Shown here one piece after another: positions 39,625 through 52,146 of a stretch of 64,000 bases of DNA. The stretch's first letter is position 1; the number at the start of each line of letters is the position of its first letter. The notes under the pieces are model-generated. The model was not told where the DNA came from, did no database searches, and saw nothing but the letters and a program-made list of their open reading frames with translations. Origin of the DNA: Trichosphaerium sp. ATCC 40318. Taxonomy: Eukaryota > Protista > Tubulinea. The stretch covers positions 1-64,000 of the forward strand of contig JALMLS010000471.1 in the NCBI GenBank assembly GCA_038496445.1. Reading direction: 5' to 3'. Made by a program: the position numbers and the translations under genes.

Positions 39625-40810
39625 TTATTCGTTAACTGTTTTAAGAATACCTCTGAAACTCATGATACCGCCATCCATACCTTGCCAACCTTCATGGTAC
39701 CCTCTCCTATTTCTGGGCTTATTTATGTCTTCTTCAATCTGCGCTCTATTGCTGCGGATTGCTTCTCTCGTTTCCTTCTGCTCTTCTTTTGACACTCCAA
39801 GGCCAGCAAACAGACATATTTTGAGGCATATCTCAGCTGGTATTTTACCACATAAAATAACGTGCAAGCGTGACGCGTGATACATGATGTTTCGGCATCC
39901 TAAGGATTTTGTAGAGGGAACCTTATGCTCTGTGTCAATTAACCAGAAAGCAACGTAGGATCGTCTTGCTGTTGTAGATGATGTATTTGATACCTTACTA
40001 AGCCTGTGGATGACTTCGTAGTTAGAAAACGCTATCGCTGTTCCAGCTTTGATAGGTACGCAGATATCGTCATCTCCTAGTTTATAGTGGCCGTCGTGGC
40101 CACCATAGCACAAATGCCTTGGTCGAAACCCTAATTCGCCTCCTTTTAAGCTATCCGAGAATTCATAGTAACAGATCCCAACGCCCTAGTTCAGTTAGGC
40201 TGTACAAGCGAGTATTGTTCTAAGGTACTTTGATGTGTTCTGCGTTTACGCCTTCAATATGCCAGAATCCTTCGTACTCACTATTGGGCTCCATTACAAA
40301 GCTCTGTGCTTTCACGACAACTTGTAGGTTGCGTGTGATTTGATTGGTACGGCTGAGGATACCCAATTTGTTGAACAGAGGCATAATACTGGTCCCAAAA
40401 AGATCTGCAACAGTTTTATATAAATCTCCGTGTTCGCCTACTAGATAGGGTTCAATGGATGATATTTTTGTCACTTGATTTGTCCTTGTATTGACTGTAA
40501 ATTCGGATGGTACAAGGCGGTATTCGTCCGTTTGATTTCCTTCTTTATTCGTTTTAGTAATCTTAAGAGCAAAGTTATTTGGATTTATATGCTTCGTTGC
40601 GCCTTGAACGTCGGTAACAGGCTTAGATCTATTACCAAGAGCGTGAAAGGTATTTTTGGTGGTTTGACAGAGTTTTAACGGTATTTCTTTCGTACAAATA
40701 TTGTATGGCTCAAAATACAGGCCATAGCGTTTTGAATACTCTCCTTGCTCCCAAAATTGCAATCCTTCAAATTTGTTGGATATATTGTACGTTGAAATTC
40801 TATTTCCCAT
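39625..40810 (-). CDS. DUF4246-like 2OG-Fe(II) oxygenase-fold protein
   Basis: LQVVVKAQ..YEGFWHIEG..EHI, LGFR, AFSNYEVIHRL, RSYVAFWLID. MGNRIS is a possible myristoylation motif. One intron. Confidence 0.75.
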
Positions 40811-42543
40811 GCGTTTTAACAAGTAAGTGAAGAAGCCGCTTCTGATAGGTGGACAGTTTTCAAATAAAATTAGTCAAGCTGCACTGTGGCTTAACGATGT
40901 TGGAATGTAAACCGCGAGTAAAAACAAGCGAATCTCAGAAGAATACACTAATACACAAGTATGCAACAAACACGGAAAAAGCCACTATGTGTACATAACG
41001 GGATGTGAGTGGATTCAATCGCGTAGTTGATGCGTGATGAACTATAATCGGTAGGAGGCGGACATAATTATGGCACTAGAAACGAAGGACCAGAAGGACG
41101 CGCACCTTTGCTGCAATTGATCAAGTCGCTATAATAAACAAATCATATTTACAACATCGGCGGTTTTTAATCAGAAACATTACGTACAAAAAAAAAGAAT
41201 TGTTCTTTCGCGTCAATATCTTCAGGAATCCCTTCGTATTTAGAAAACCGGTTTGTTAATGTTCAACCAAAAAAACAATTACGCCAGTTTCATTCAGAAC
41301 TGTTACTCCTAATTAGCTCGCTTGGCGAATCCTACCTACGCTGTCTTCACCTATTTTTGGTTACGCGTAGCCAGTTACGTTTTGTAGAACCAGTTATGCC
41401 AAATCTTCGCTTGCGTAACGCGTGCGTTTGGTTAGTATATCTGTTTGAAGTAAAAAAGAGCCTTGTTTTAAAAAAATCAGAAGAGATAGAGCTTGAACGC
41501 TCGTACTTGGTCTCATGCTTGACGCAATGGTATACATCGTAAAACTGGATTTGAATAGTTTCAGATTAGGTCTAAAACCAGTTTCCCTTGTAATACAGCC
41601 TGATGAACACATAGCTTGTGGCCTAGTGCTTGAATGTCGCTAGATACGAAGTAGACAATGATTCATCAGCAAGACGCTGCTCACAAGTTTGTTTGTTGTT
41701 ATTAGCGCGGATGCGATAGAATTCCAGAGTTTTGAAAAAGTTGCTCTCAGATTTTCAAAGCAATTCTAACTCGGCTTGCTTTCTTTCAGCAGACCTCAGG
41801 TTGTACTCGCCGCCATAAGTATTAATATCTTGCTGCACCTGAGGCAGGATTTAATACCATGCAACGGTAGCTTTTGGCTCCTGTGTGCACCACAGACTTT
41901 AACTGCGTCTAGAGTAAGTTGTGCTTGGAATCTACAAGTTTTGGCTGGAAACTACCGATAAACTGAAAGATGGTCTATGGCTCGTTGCTGCGTATAGTTT
42001 AAACACTTCAACCCGAAAACTACTAACCGTTGTGATGTTGTTGCTGGCGAATTCTGGCGCCATTACAATGGTTCTATCACTACTGACAAGCGCTAGGACG
42101 CCGAAGGATCTACTTGTAATTAGTTTTTGCACTTCTGTCTGGAATTGAACCGGTAAGTAGACAACCGTTGTAGCTAGTGTATGTAATGCTCATTTCGCAC
42201 ACCTTTAGGTCTCTTCGGCGAAGTGATAAATTAGAGAATCGGATTCGAATTTCGGATAACAACCCTCTTTCGAACAACCAAATGCAACTTTCGAACAACA
42301 AAATGCTGCAAACGTTGTGCTAAACCGTGTGGTAGCATTTGTTTTCTCATTGGTGACAAAAAGTGTGCCGTTTCGATGATAATGACCCATCCACAAATCG
42401 CGCTGTAAATGCACACACTTGTTCACAACGGTCTGGGAACGCGTCTGCTGCAGTTTGAGCGGCTACAACATTGTAACCATAATTTATTTTTTTCAATAAA
42501 TCTCGTGTTCTTAAACGATTTTCTTTTTTAGTACTATCACAAA

Positions 42544-42984
42544 ATGATTACTGCACACATTTATTTGTGCGCTCTCAGCTTAATCGCTGACCCCTTTGCT
42601 CTCGTGCTGACAATCCTGTTTGTCGCATGCTGGATGATATTAGCATTTACTGCTATATCAGGCCTAAACCCTCCTCCTCCTGCTAGGCCTCATACTCGTA
42701 TGACGGCCCCAACTACCCCGAGTCCTCAACCGACTCCGAGTCCTAAACCGACTCCTCCCCCTACTGACAATAAAATTGTGATGATCAACTCGGAGAATTT
42801 CTCTATGGTAGATTCTCCGAGTGCTGTATTATCATGCAGTTTCGATCATCACAAGTCAAAGGGCGGACTTAAAACTAAAATGAAAAAGTCCTATAAGGCA
42901 GCCAAACGAAAGTCTGGTCGAGCTTTCCGAAGACTGAGGCACTTAGTGCCTAAAACAGTGTATAAGAAAGAAACTCAAAAATAA
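42544..42984 (+). CDS. Small intronless membrane protein with Pro-rich linker and basic tail
   Basis: 146-aa ORF; hydrophobic N-terminus, PTTPSPQPTPSPKPTPPP, K/R-rich end. Confidence 0.6.
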   Translation: MITAHIYLCALSLIADPFALVLTILFVACWMILAFTAISGLNPPPPARPHTRMTAPTTPSPQPTPSPKPTPPPTDNKIVMINSENFSMVDSPSAVLSCSFDHHKSKGGLKTKMKKSYKAAKRKSGRAFRRLRHLVPKTVYKKETQK

Positions 42985-43313
42985 AAAAATCCATAACCAA
43001 AAAACTTAATAGGAATTCCTATTTTTGTTTGGGCGGATATCTTTTTCTTATTTTTTTCACATTTGTTGTTTTAGATGTTTTTGGCATGCATGAATACAAG
43101 TGTCTTTGTTTTATCATGTAAAATCAATACTAGCGTACAACGTATGTACTTCTTGATTAAGACGTAATGCCGTGACAAAGTTGACGCGTTGTTTCCTATC
43201 CATTCATTGAACGAGAAGAGCGGTTAACACTATCAACCTGATCTTGTTATTGTCAAAATGGAATATATTTATTTTACACAAGATAAAACAGCATCACTTC
43301 CTGGACAGCATTG

Positions 43314-43841
43314 CTATTTGGGTCCTGCTAATTTGTCCTTGTGTGCTTGTAAATAAGTCGCCACTTCGTTTCTTTTGAATTGTATTGCCATTTCTAGGGG
43401 TGTTTTACCGTTATATACATCCTGCGCTGTAGTATCGGCTCCATGTTCCACAAGAAACTTTACACAATCCAAGTGGCCGCGGACAGCACATGCATACAGC
43501 GGGCCGTGACCTGACGCGTCCAGTATGTTAATATCGGCGTTTTGAGCAAATAACGCTTTTATAATATCCAACTGCCCCTTAGCTGCCGCAAAACCTATTG
43601 GCGTATGATCCATTCTATCTAGAATGTCTACGAATGCGCCTAGCTCTATCAGCTTCTCTATTGCGTTTAAATTGCCTTCATCTGCCGCAAAGTGCAATAA
43701 ATGTTGTCCCATCTTTTCTACTTTATCTAAGAGTTGAGGGGACTGCTTTAGAAGCTCAAATACTCTATTCCAATCCTTATTGTACGCAGCGTTCGCAATT
43801 TCGGGCATCAACTGTTCGTCTCGAGCCTGTGAAGCTCCCAT
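43314..43841 (-). CDS. Intronless ankyrin-repeat protein, probable N-myristoylation (MGASQA)
   Basis: LLHFAADEG, TPIGFAAAKG, GPLYACAVRGHLDCVKFLVEHGAD, KTPLEMA. Confidence 0.9.
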   Translation of the reverse strand: MGASQARDEQLMPEIANAAYNKDWNRVFELLKQSPQLLDKVEKMGQHLLHFAADEGNLNAIEKLIELGAFVDILDRMDHTPIGFAAAKGQLDIIKALFAQNADINILDASGHGPLYACAVRGHLDCVKFLVEHGADTTAQDVYNGKTPLEMAIQFKRNEVATYLQAHKDKLAGPK

Positions 43842-44063
43842 AGGTCAAATTGTGATATCACTGCGCTCTACAGCACGTGTAAACGAATATACCGTACTCT
43901 TCACTTAACGCCTCAATCATTGAAAGACACATTAAGTCCTACCCAAACCACTCGTCCAAAAATGTGTTGTAAACATCAAGGTTGCTTTTAAACTAAGTGG
44001 GAGTAACAATATTTTACACGTAATGTATTGATAGTATATTATTTTTTATTCTTGTGGAGTATA

Positions 44064-45694
44064 TTACAATAGAGCGTCTTGGGCGATTTGTTCACCTTTT
44101 CTTGCGTGCTCTTCATTATGTGGGAGTCCATGTATTTTATATATTGCATGAACACCATATGTATACTTTTCTTTATCCCTCTGATCACTCAAAGGATAAA
44201 AAGGATGAGCAGAATAGTTGAGTTGAATAAAATAGACTTTGTTCTTTTTACGACTTGCTAAAGCCATAGCAAGTTTTTTTGTTGATGTGAATGGAACAAC
44301 CGCATCTATCAGAGAGCTTATAATAATCACAGGTACATCAGGAGGGAACTCATCGACAAGATTTCCTTTCAAAAAGTAAGAAAAAAGTAAGAAAAAAAAA
44401 GCTAGCTTCGGGCTTTCTTTGTTGCTTTGCGTACCTGGAGCTGGGCCTTTTGGATCATATTTTGGGAAAAGTAATGGCATAAGCGCATGTACTGCATCAT
44501 GGCCGTAAGGTACAGCATTAGCGAGTACATCCCGTATAGAGAAGAAAACGCCTTCCAATATCACCATTTTAACATTTTGGTATTTATTCAAACAAATTGC
44601 GTTCCTAAACTCAAAGGTGAGACAAAATATTACTAGACGCGTCCACAGTTCTTTTAGTTTGTTTAAAAAAACCAAGCCGTACCATGTAGTTGCTGCGCCA
44701 CGTGATACACCAAAGAGTATTACGTCATTGTTATTATTTTTTGACATCTAACAGAATTAGCTTGAAAATGAGTCCGAAACCGAAAACATGACGATAAAAA
44801 AAAAAGAGGAGTGGTGTTTGAAACGACCATCAGCCTTTTAGTTAAAAAGACAGCAAGAAAAACTTTTGGATTTTCAGTGTCACAAAAAGTTATGCTTAGT
44901 ATTGTCCTTACGCATAGTTCGTATTTTTGGCGATGATTTTCAACGTCTATCTTCTGTCCGAAGGACGCAGAAAATACATCAACTAGATGCGCATCAACTG
45001 TCTCTTTTTGATCTTCCTGTGCCTCGACGGTTATGCCTAAAAGACTAGATTAGGTTTTGGAAATGTCTTTCAAGTTTTTTTTTTTTTGAATACTCGCCGC
45101 AAACGGACCGTATTTGTAGTTGCTTCGCCAATTTGTGAAGTAGTGGATGATAGGAGCGACTGAGAGCTTTGCGAACGCATTTTGAGGGTTATTGTCAAGT
45201 TTCCTTTTTGACGTTAATTAAACGTCGTTTTGAGTAGCCTGTTAAGGTGGGTGGCGCCGTATCGTACTTTAGTATGATTTCATCAATCTCTTTACCTACG
45301 AAAGGCTTGTATACGGTCTCAATACCATTTTTACACGTTACTCTATCACCTGCTGTGCTTTTAAATCCTTTTGGACCAGTATATTTTGACAGTTGTGTCT
45401 GAGAGCTCCAAACGCCTATGAATTGGTTAAAACGCGTTATTTTGGTCGCAAGATGATATTTTACCTTGATAAAAAATAGTTAACGGCGCTTCGCCTGGCG
45501 TATGCCACTCTAGATGATCTGTCGCCATTTTTATACTCTACCAACTCAAATTCAGCCAGAATTCCAGTTAGCCTCCAAAATTCATCAAATGGCGCCCAAT
45601 ACCTGAACGCTGCGTGTGTTTGATCGGTTTGTAGATTATTAAAACAATTTTAGGTCACACTTACGAATAATTGTCAATTTGATGCCTTACCCAT
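44064..45694 (-). CDS. Alpha/beta-hydrolase-fold protein (multi-exon; start approximate)
   Basis: SFGQKIDV, nucleophile elbow ILFGVSRGAATT, VILEGVF, SSLIDAVVP, C-terminal His. Confidence 0.8.
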
Positions 45695-46047
45695 TGTTGG
45701 ACCTCCGTTAGCCGTTATGCTGTACATCCAGCTTCAGCAAAATAGTGGTCTATAGATACCCAACAAAGTAACGTCTAGACGCCACTAGAAAGTACTTGTC
45801 TTTTTTAGCTTCAAAAAAGGAAAATTTTGTCGGGCGAATTATTTATTGACAACCAAAACATTTCACAATAAAACGGACTTCAGACCGCTCTTCTAGTTGG
45901 AAACATATTACTTGATCTTTGTCAAACATTTTTCGGTGTCCCTGTCCGTATTAATCAATCATTCTTTTTTATTTTTTCTGTGACATTCAGTTTAATAACT
46001 TAAGTTTTTATTAGTGATAGTTTTAATTACTTTTTGTTTTAACAAGG

Positions 46048-47196
46048 ATGCTGACTAGTCCTAATTCTATAGTAAACAAGGTATCAGAATATTTTAATCA
46101 CAATACAAACTACCTAACAACCAATACATAGAGATTTACTGCTCAATCAGACAATTGCCATCTATTAAACCTCCCGCTTGAGATTCAGCTTGATATTATA
46201 GATTTGGACTCATTTGTGTATTTAATTTGGCCAATTATGTCGAAACAGGCGGCTATGACCACAAGGTATGATAATGAGATGAACAAGCATGGAAAATGGC
46301 AGATACATAGCAAAAACATACTTTTAGATCAAACCAACTGGAAACACGGTGTACAAGATGGAGAATGCAAGAGGTTTGATAATGGCCAATTGTGGAGTAG
46401 TGGAAATTACATCAATGGTAAGAGAGAAGGAAAGTTCAAGGAATGGTGTTTCGATGGTCAATTGATAGAGCGTATTTACATCAATGATAAGATAGAAGGA
46501 GAATACAAGAGATGGTATGTTAATGGCCAATTGTGGGTTTTATGGAATTACATCAATGGGAAATGTGATGGAGAATGCAAGAGCTGGTATGATAATGGCC
46601 AATTGGAAGAGCAGTATAATTGCATCAATGATAAGATAGAAGGAGAATACAAGAAATGGTATGTTAATGGCCAATTGGGGGTTTTATGGAATTACATCAA
46701 TGGGAAACGTGATGGAGAATGCAAGAGCTGGTATGATAATGGCCAATTGGAAGAGCAGTATAATTGCATCAATGGTAAGACAGAAGGAGAATACAAGAGA
46801 TGGCATCATCGGAACAGTGACCAATTATGGTGCCAGTGTAATTACATCAATGGTAAGAGAGAAGGAGATTTCAAGAAATGGTATGATGATGGCCAATTGA
46901 AAGAGCAGTATAATTTCATCAATGATAAGATAGAAGGAGAATACAAGAGATGGCATCATAATGGCCAATTGGAAGAGCAGTATAATTACATCAATGATAA
47001 GGAAGAAGGAGAATGCAAGAAATGGTATGATAATGGCCAATTGGAAGAGCAGTATAATTGCATCAATGGTAAGAGAGAAGGAGAATACAAGAAATGGTAT
47101 GTCAATGGCCAATTGTGGGTTTTATGGAATTACATCAATGGGAAACGTGATGGAGAAATTAAACGATGGCATAAGAATGGTCAATTGTGGCCGTAA
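46048..47196 (+). CDS. F-box-like N-terminus + about 12 MORN-variant (YwqK-like) repeats; one intron 46081-46131
   Basis: Spliced start MLTSPNSIVNK|RFTAQSDNCHLLNLPLEIQLDIIDL, then 24-aa repeats EGEYKxWYxNGQLxxxxNYINGKR. Confidence 0.85.
46357..47190 (+). repeat. Coding tandem array of about 72-bp near-identical units
   Basis: Recurrent AATGGCCAATTG, ATCAATG(G/A)TAAG and GAAGGAGAAT blocks. A 144-bp two-unit block is almost exactly duplicated around 46480-46770. Confidence 0.93.
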
Positions 47197-47829
47197 TATG
47201 ATTCGGAATTTGTTGGACGTTCACAATGCAAACATGAGAAAAAAACATGTTAGTTTATTTTAAATAAAGTGCTTGTATAAGAAACAATTTCTTTATATTT
47301 CCTTCTCAATGTTACAGCATCTTGCAGCTACCACTTGATACACTTATATCTCTTTTTCTTTCTTTTAACTGTATTTGTAGGCAAATCACGTGTTGCGTAG
47401 ATGACTACCAATACTAACCCTACTGCAAACAAAATTGTAGGTGAATGGAAGAAAACAATTTCTTTTCATCCGTAATGGTAAGTACCTCAATATATATTTT
47501 TTGTTGTACATCTAACACTTGCCCATATTTGAAACAAGCGCTTATTACTTTTCTCTCATAAACCTAAGATTTGACCAGTATTGAAACTAAACTTGAATAA
47601 AAGTAAAGGTGTCAATTAAACGCAAAAAGTATATTCTTGGTGTGCAGTACATACAGCACACAGTCTCACAATTTTTAAAATGACTTCGATTTACTTTCAG
47701 TGGCTTCATTCAATCAATGTTGAGTGAGGTTGGCTACTTTACAGTTGACATTAAAGGCATTTTCCGAGTGATTTGCTCAAGCGTCTGAACAAGATTATGT
47801 TTATATATATACACTGGTTGGTTTACTGT

Positions 47830-50800
47830 TTAAACGCTACTATCTGATTCGTCTCCTGAACCCTTTGCATGCACTACTTCACTTGTAACAAAGTTACCTC
47901 TGCTGACTTTCTCTAGTTTTCGTTTCATCTCTGCAAGACGTTGTTTTAAGTCAGCGTTTGACTTTTCTAAAGTGTCTACTTTTTGTTGTAGTTCGTTTTC
48001 ACTTGTATCAAAACCACCTGGGCCAAAAGTACCAGACATGACTCTCGAACTAGTCGAACCTCCTGTGCTTTTTTTGAGTTCTTCTTCACTTTTTGTCATG
48101 TAGTACATCCGTGGGATAAGCAATGATAAGATTGATATAAATGGTCCGAGAATAAGACATACAGATCGAAGAACAAACGCCACCTCACGGTTACTTGATC
48201 CAAAGACCTTGTGACAAGTATCAGTAAAACAACCAATAGATTTTGATACATACCTGAATGACGATGATAATAATAATGAAAAACGTGAGGTTGTAAACAG
48301 CGAATCCAATCGATCTTTAAAAAAAAAATTAGTCATATTTTTAAACATCAGTTCGAATGTCATGTCCTCACCTCGATTCGTTGTATAGTATTGCCTTTAA
48401 TTTCCATATTTTATATACCCAATAAAGTCCATATACCAATACACCAGCATTGAAGAGCATGAGAATGGCAAAGAAGATCGTATCCCTTGTTGATGTTGCA
48501 CAAGTAAAGTGATCATCTGACAGAATAAAAGGAGCTTCTTCCACAAGTTCAGCTTGACCGATGCTTACTATTGTCCATAGAGTAAGGATAACAATCTCTA
48601 TGGATACTATAATAGCAACAATAGGGATTATCATCATGTTCGTTACTTTGAAGACATCCAAGGACTTCACAAGGAATATTTGACCAATTCTATAAATCCT
48701 TGCAAACATTGCTCCGTAAGTCAACTACAAACGATTGTAAGGTATCGTTACAATTTAAGATAGTGGAGTTAGATGTACGTACACCAAATCCAATTGCTAG
48801 AAACCATCTTACAAGAGTACAATGAACGTCATCCGTGTGAAGAGTCCAGAAAAATATTGAACAATACATGACAATAGTACCAACCTAGTGGCTTCTTTAG
48901 TATTTGATGTAAAAATAACAAAGCAAGGTATTGTCAGTACCAAAGCGAGAATAACGAATAGCGGTTGCGAAGCGCGTATGACTATATGGTTGTGAAATAT
49001 TAGTATCCACACGATGAGACCAAGTGTGATCAGAATAACAGAAGCAACCATACATAGGATTACAAGCTCGCTTGTGTACTCTAGAAGTAAATACATCAGC
49101 TTTCTTCAACTACGAGCTGGGATTTCATGACGTACTGTACCAACCGTATGTTGTTTCTCTTTCATCCCATTTTGGCGCTGGATAAACAAACTGGTCTGTG
49201 ACAGCAAAGAGAGGAGCAATTATCTGATATTCGACATTCTCATCAAGCTGAACAGTCAAACCACTTCTTCCCAGATTTTGACCGAACTGATCAAACTCGT
49301 ACTCACCACAGAAGCCTGTTATATCAATAGCGTTGATAGCTTCTTGTAGTTTATCAGCATCGAATGAACTAGAACATGGTTTATTAGCAAAAGGTTGAAC
49401 AAAGATTTGTCACGTGCTTAGCTGTTTCATATGCGTATTGAATGATATATCCTGCACTATAACCTATCATCCCTGCAGGAGAAAATTAAAGAAAGAGAAG
49501 AACCTTAAAGGGGATATGTGTCGTACCTACTGTACCTGGTTCCATTCCATACATATCCAGGTACTTATTGTTGAATAGTATAGGCGAAGTTTCAGTGCCG
49601 TTACTAATGAAGTGATGGTAAGGAACATTGTTGTCATTTTCGTCATAACGCTCTGATCGTAGCCTCTTATCCCACTAAACAAGATAATAAGCTAACATGG
49701 GACAAAAAAGTCTGTCGTACATTCGCTCCAGCGACCATGACGTATCGAGAGTCTTTTCCTAAATTATGAATAGGACAAGGCCGAGACAATAAGAAAGCCT
49801 GTAACCGCATAAGTATAGATAGGAAGTAAAGGACATACATTGGCGTTGTAGTTCATTCTCTTTGCTGTCTCCAATAAAGCAATACATGAAAAGAAAGTTC
49901 CTCCCAGAACAACATCTGTAACGAATAGCGATTAGGTAAACCGATCTTTCTGTTTGAGAATTACGCACCAGGTTTTTTTTCCTTCAGTACCGATATGAGC
50001 TCGTCAATCTCAGGTTGTACCCTGGTTGCGTTTGAAGAAAATGTGATACTTTTATTGTAAACAAGATCCATTCCCAAGAATTCTATACTCCTGAGTGCGC
50101 CCTCCGCGATAGATCTGGTGAAAGCAATATCTTGTATCTCGTAAGTACAACATAGAATTTAATCAATTACTAGCTAGTCGGCCATACCTTCCCAATAAAC
50201 AGCTATTGTTTTGACATTATTCGACACAGCAAGCAAGTTTAAAGCCTCCACCATGAACCTCGTAGTTGGCTGTATGAGACTACTTGTGTACTTCAATCTT
50301 CTTCCAAAGGGTAAAGTACATGGGTAGCTTAAGGTTTCATCACAAATATAGTTACTGGGAGTAGCGGCGCTAGCTAAAAGAGCAGTGTTAGTAACAGTTG
50401 CATAATTATCACTGATTGTTGCGTACGTAAGAGAGAATTAACTTTCAGATCATTTGCGACTATTGCCCCAGGAAGTCCCAAATGGGTTGTTACCGGCTTT
50501 GAAAATGTATTTTTAGAAAGGGCACGTGTTTGTGAAAAAAAAACGTGATGTGACGAAATTTCAACTTAAATAGGAGACAAACAGAAAAGAGAGCGTACCA
50601 ATAATACAAAGTCAACGTTCTCGTTATCGATGAGGTGTCTTGTAGCGTTAGCTACCGCGTCACCGTTACCTGCTAAAGAAAACCCATTAGTCAAGCTGCA
50701 GTAGACATAGTCGAAGTAAAGTACAAAAAAGACGCCAATGTTAAAGGTATCCAAGTAACCGTACCTGTACCGAGCTCTATAATTTCAACGTTATAATTAG

Positions 50801-51042
50801 TGCCGTTTACACGGATACCTCCCCGAGCATTAACCTAGGAGTGTATTGTTACGAACATTGAGTGAAGTGAAGTAGCGTACTGTGTCCTTCCACATTTGTT
50901 GCCCGTTTTTTATTAAAATATGGTCATTAACTGTACTCCCTTCTGTAGGGAGTACGCTTCCGATGCGAATAACATTTTGAGCACCGGAAGGCACTGCAAT
51001 AGTACATAACAGTAGTACGCCAACAATTATGGCTAAACGCAT
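47830..51042 (-). CDS. Class C (GABA-B/Grl-like) GPCR with periplasmic-binding-type ectodomain and C-terminal coiled coil
   Basis: Signal peptide, IRIGSVLP..VNARGGI ectodomain, TM region IRASQPLF, YGAMFARIYRIGQIF, YNESR, then ELQQKVDTLEKSNADLKQRL. Confidence 0.88.
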
Positions 51043-52146
51043 TACTTATATGCTCCTTTATATGATGTAAAAATGAAATTTAGGGCAATCCACAAAATTA
51101 ATCAATAAGGCAGTTAACAATTCACCGGAGTTGGGAATGTTGGGGTTAAAAACGTTCCGCTATAAAACGAAGTCTAATCTATTAATAAAGCATAAAGCTA
51201 CTGCAATGGTATTGCTTCAATATAGTCTAAGTACTTTCCGTTTTAGGTGAACCAAAATGGTAGTTTAGAGACTATAGTGGCCTGGATGGGATTCTGTATA
51301 GTTCAGGCTCAGTGAAAAAAACAAAAGATGCGGCAAGCGGACGGAATCAAAAAATTAGTAAAACCATTGTAATCTTTTTTGATTTGGCAGTAAAAAAAGA
51401 TGTTGTTTTCGGAACGTTTGAAACAAAATTCGATAAAAAAAACCAGCAAAAGTTACTTTTTTTTTTTGCGTAGTTAGGACACAAAGTGTGTACTGTATAT
51501 ATACCTACTTTGTTCATGGTAGATTGCAAACGCGAAGGCTAGTATCTAGATGATATGCATAGCACACGGCGTCAGGTATTGAAATATTATACATCACGTG
51601 ATGTATCGTCAACTTCAACTCAATTCCGTAGTCACAAGTCTCCAATCTTGTATTTAGACGTACTAATACCTAAGCTGCAAAGAGTAATTTGATACCTCAC
51701 CACAGACTATTCAAACAACTAAGGTACTGCACAATTTCTAAGAACTTGGAGCTTCCTAACCGTGAAGGCGTCACTTTGTTTGTCGTTAACAAATAAGAGG
51801 TGGCATAATTATAGATTGATGCCTGTACTCCGCAAGGTTCAAACTGCTCCTTAATAACAACCTGTGGTTGCCTTGACCTTTCCGTCTTAAGACGCTAATG
51901 AATGGATTTGAGGAACACAAATTAGTAAAGGTAAAGAACATATTATGTGGATGGTGCTCATCATGATAGCACAAAAAAACCTGAGACAAAAGTGGTTGCA
52001 AAAGAGTTGTTTCATTGTAGTTTCCAAAATCCGACTATCATATGCGCCTAGCACATGTCATACTTCTAAGTGTAGGACAATCTGCTCCAGTTGCTATGCT
52101 TTCACAATCAGCTCTAACCTCCACGGAATTATCAGGGCTGCAACAC

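Noticed and set aside
46357-47190. Diversity-generating retroelement behind the repeat variation
   Set aside because: No reverse transcriptase or non-coding template repeat in the window, and variation is not demonstrably adenine-restricted.
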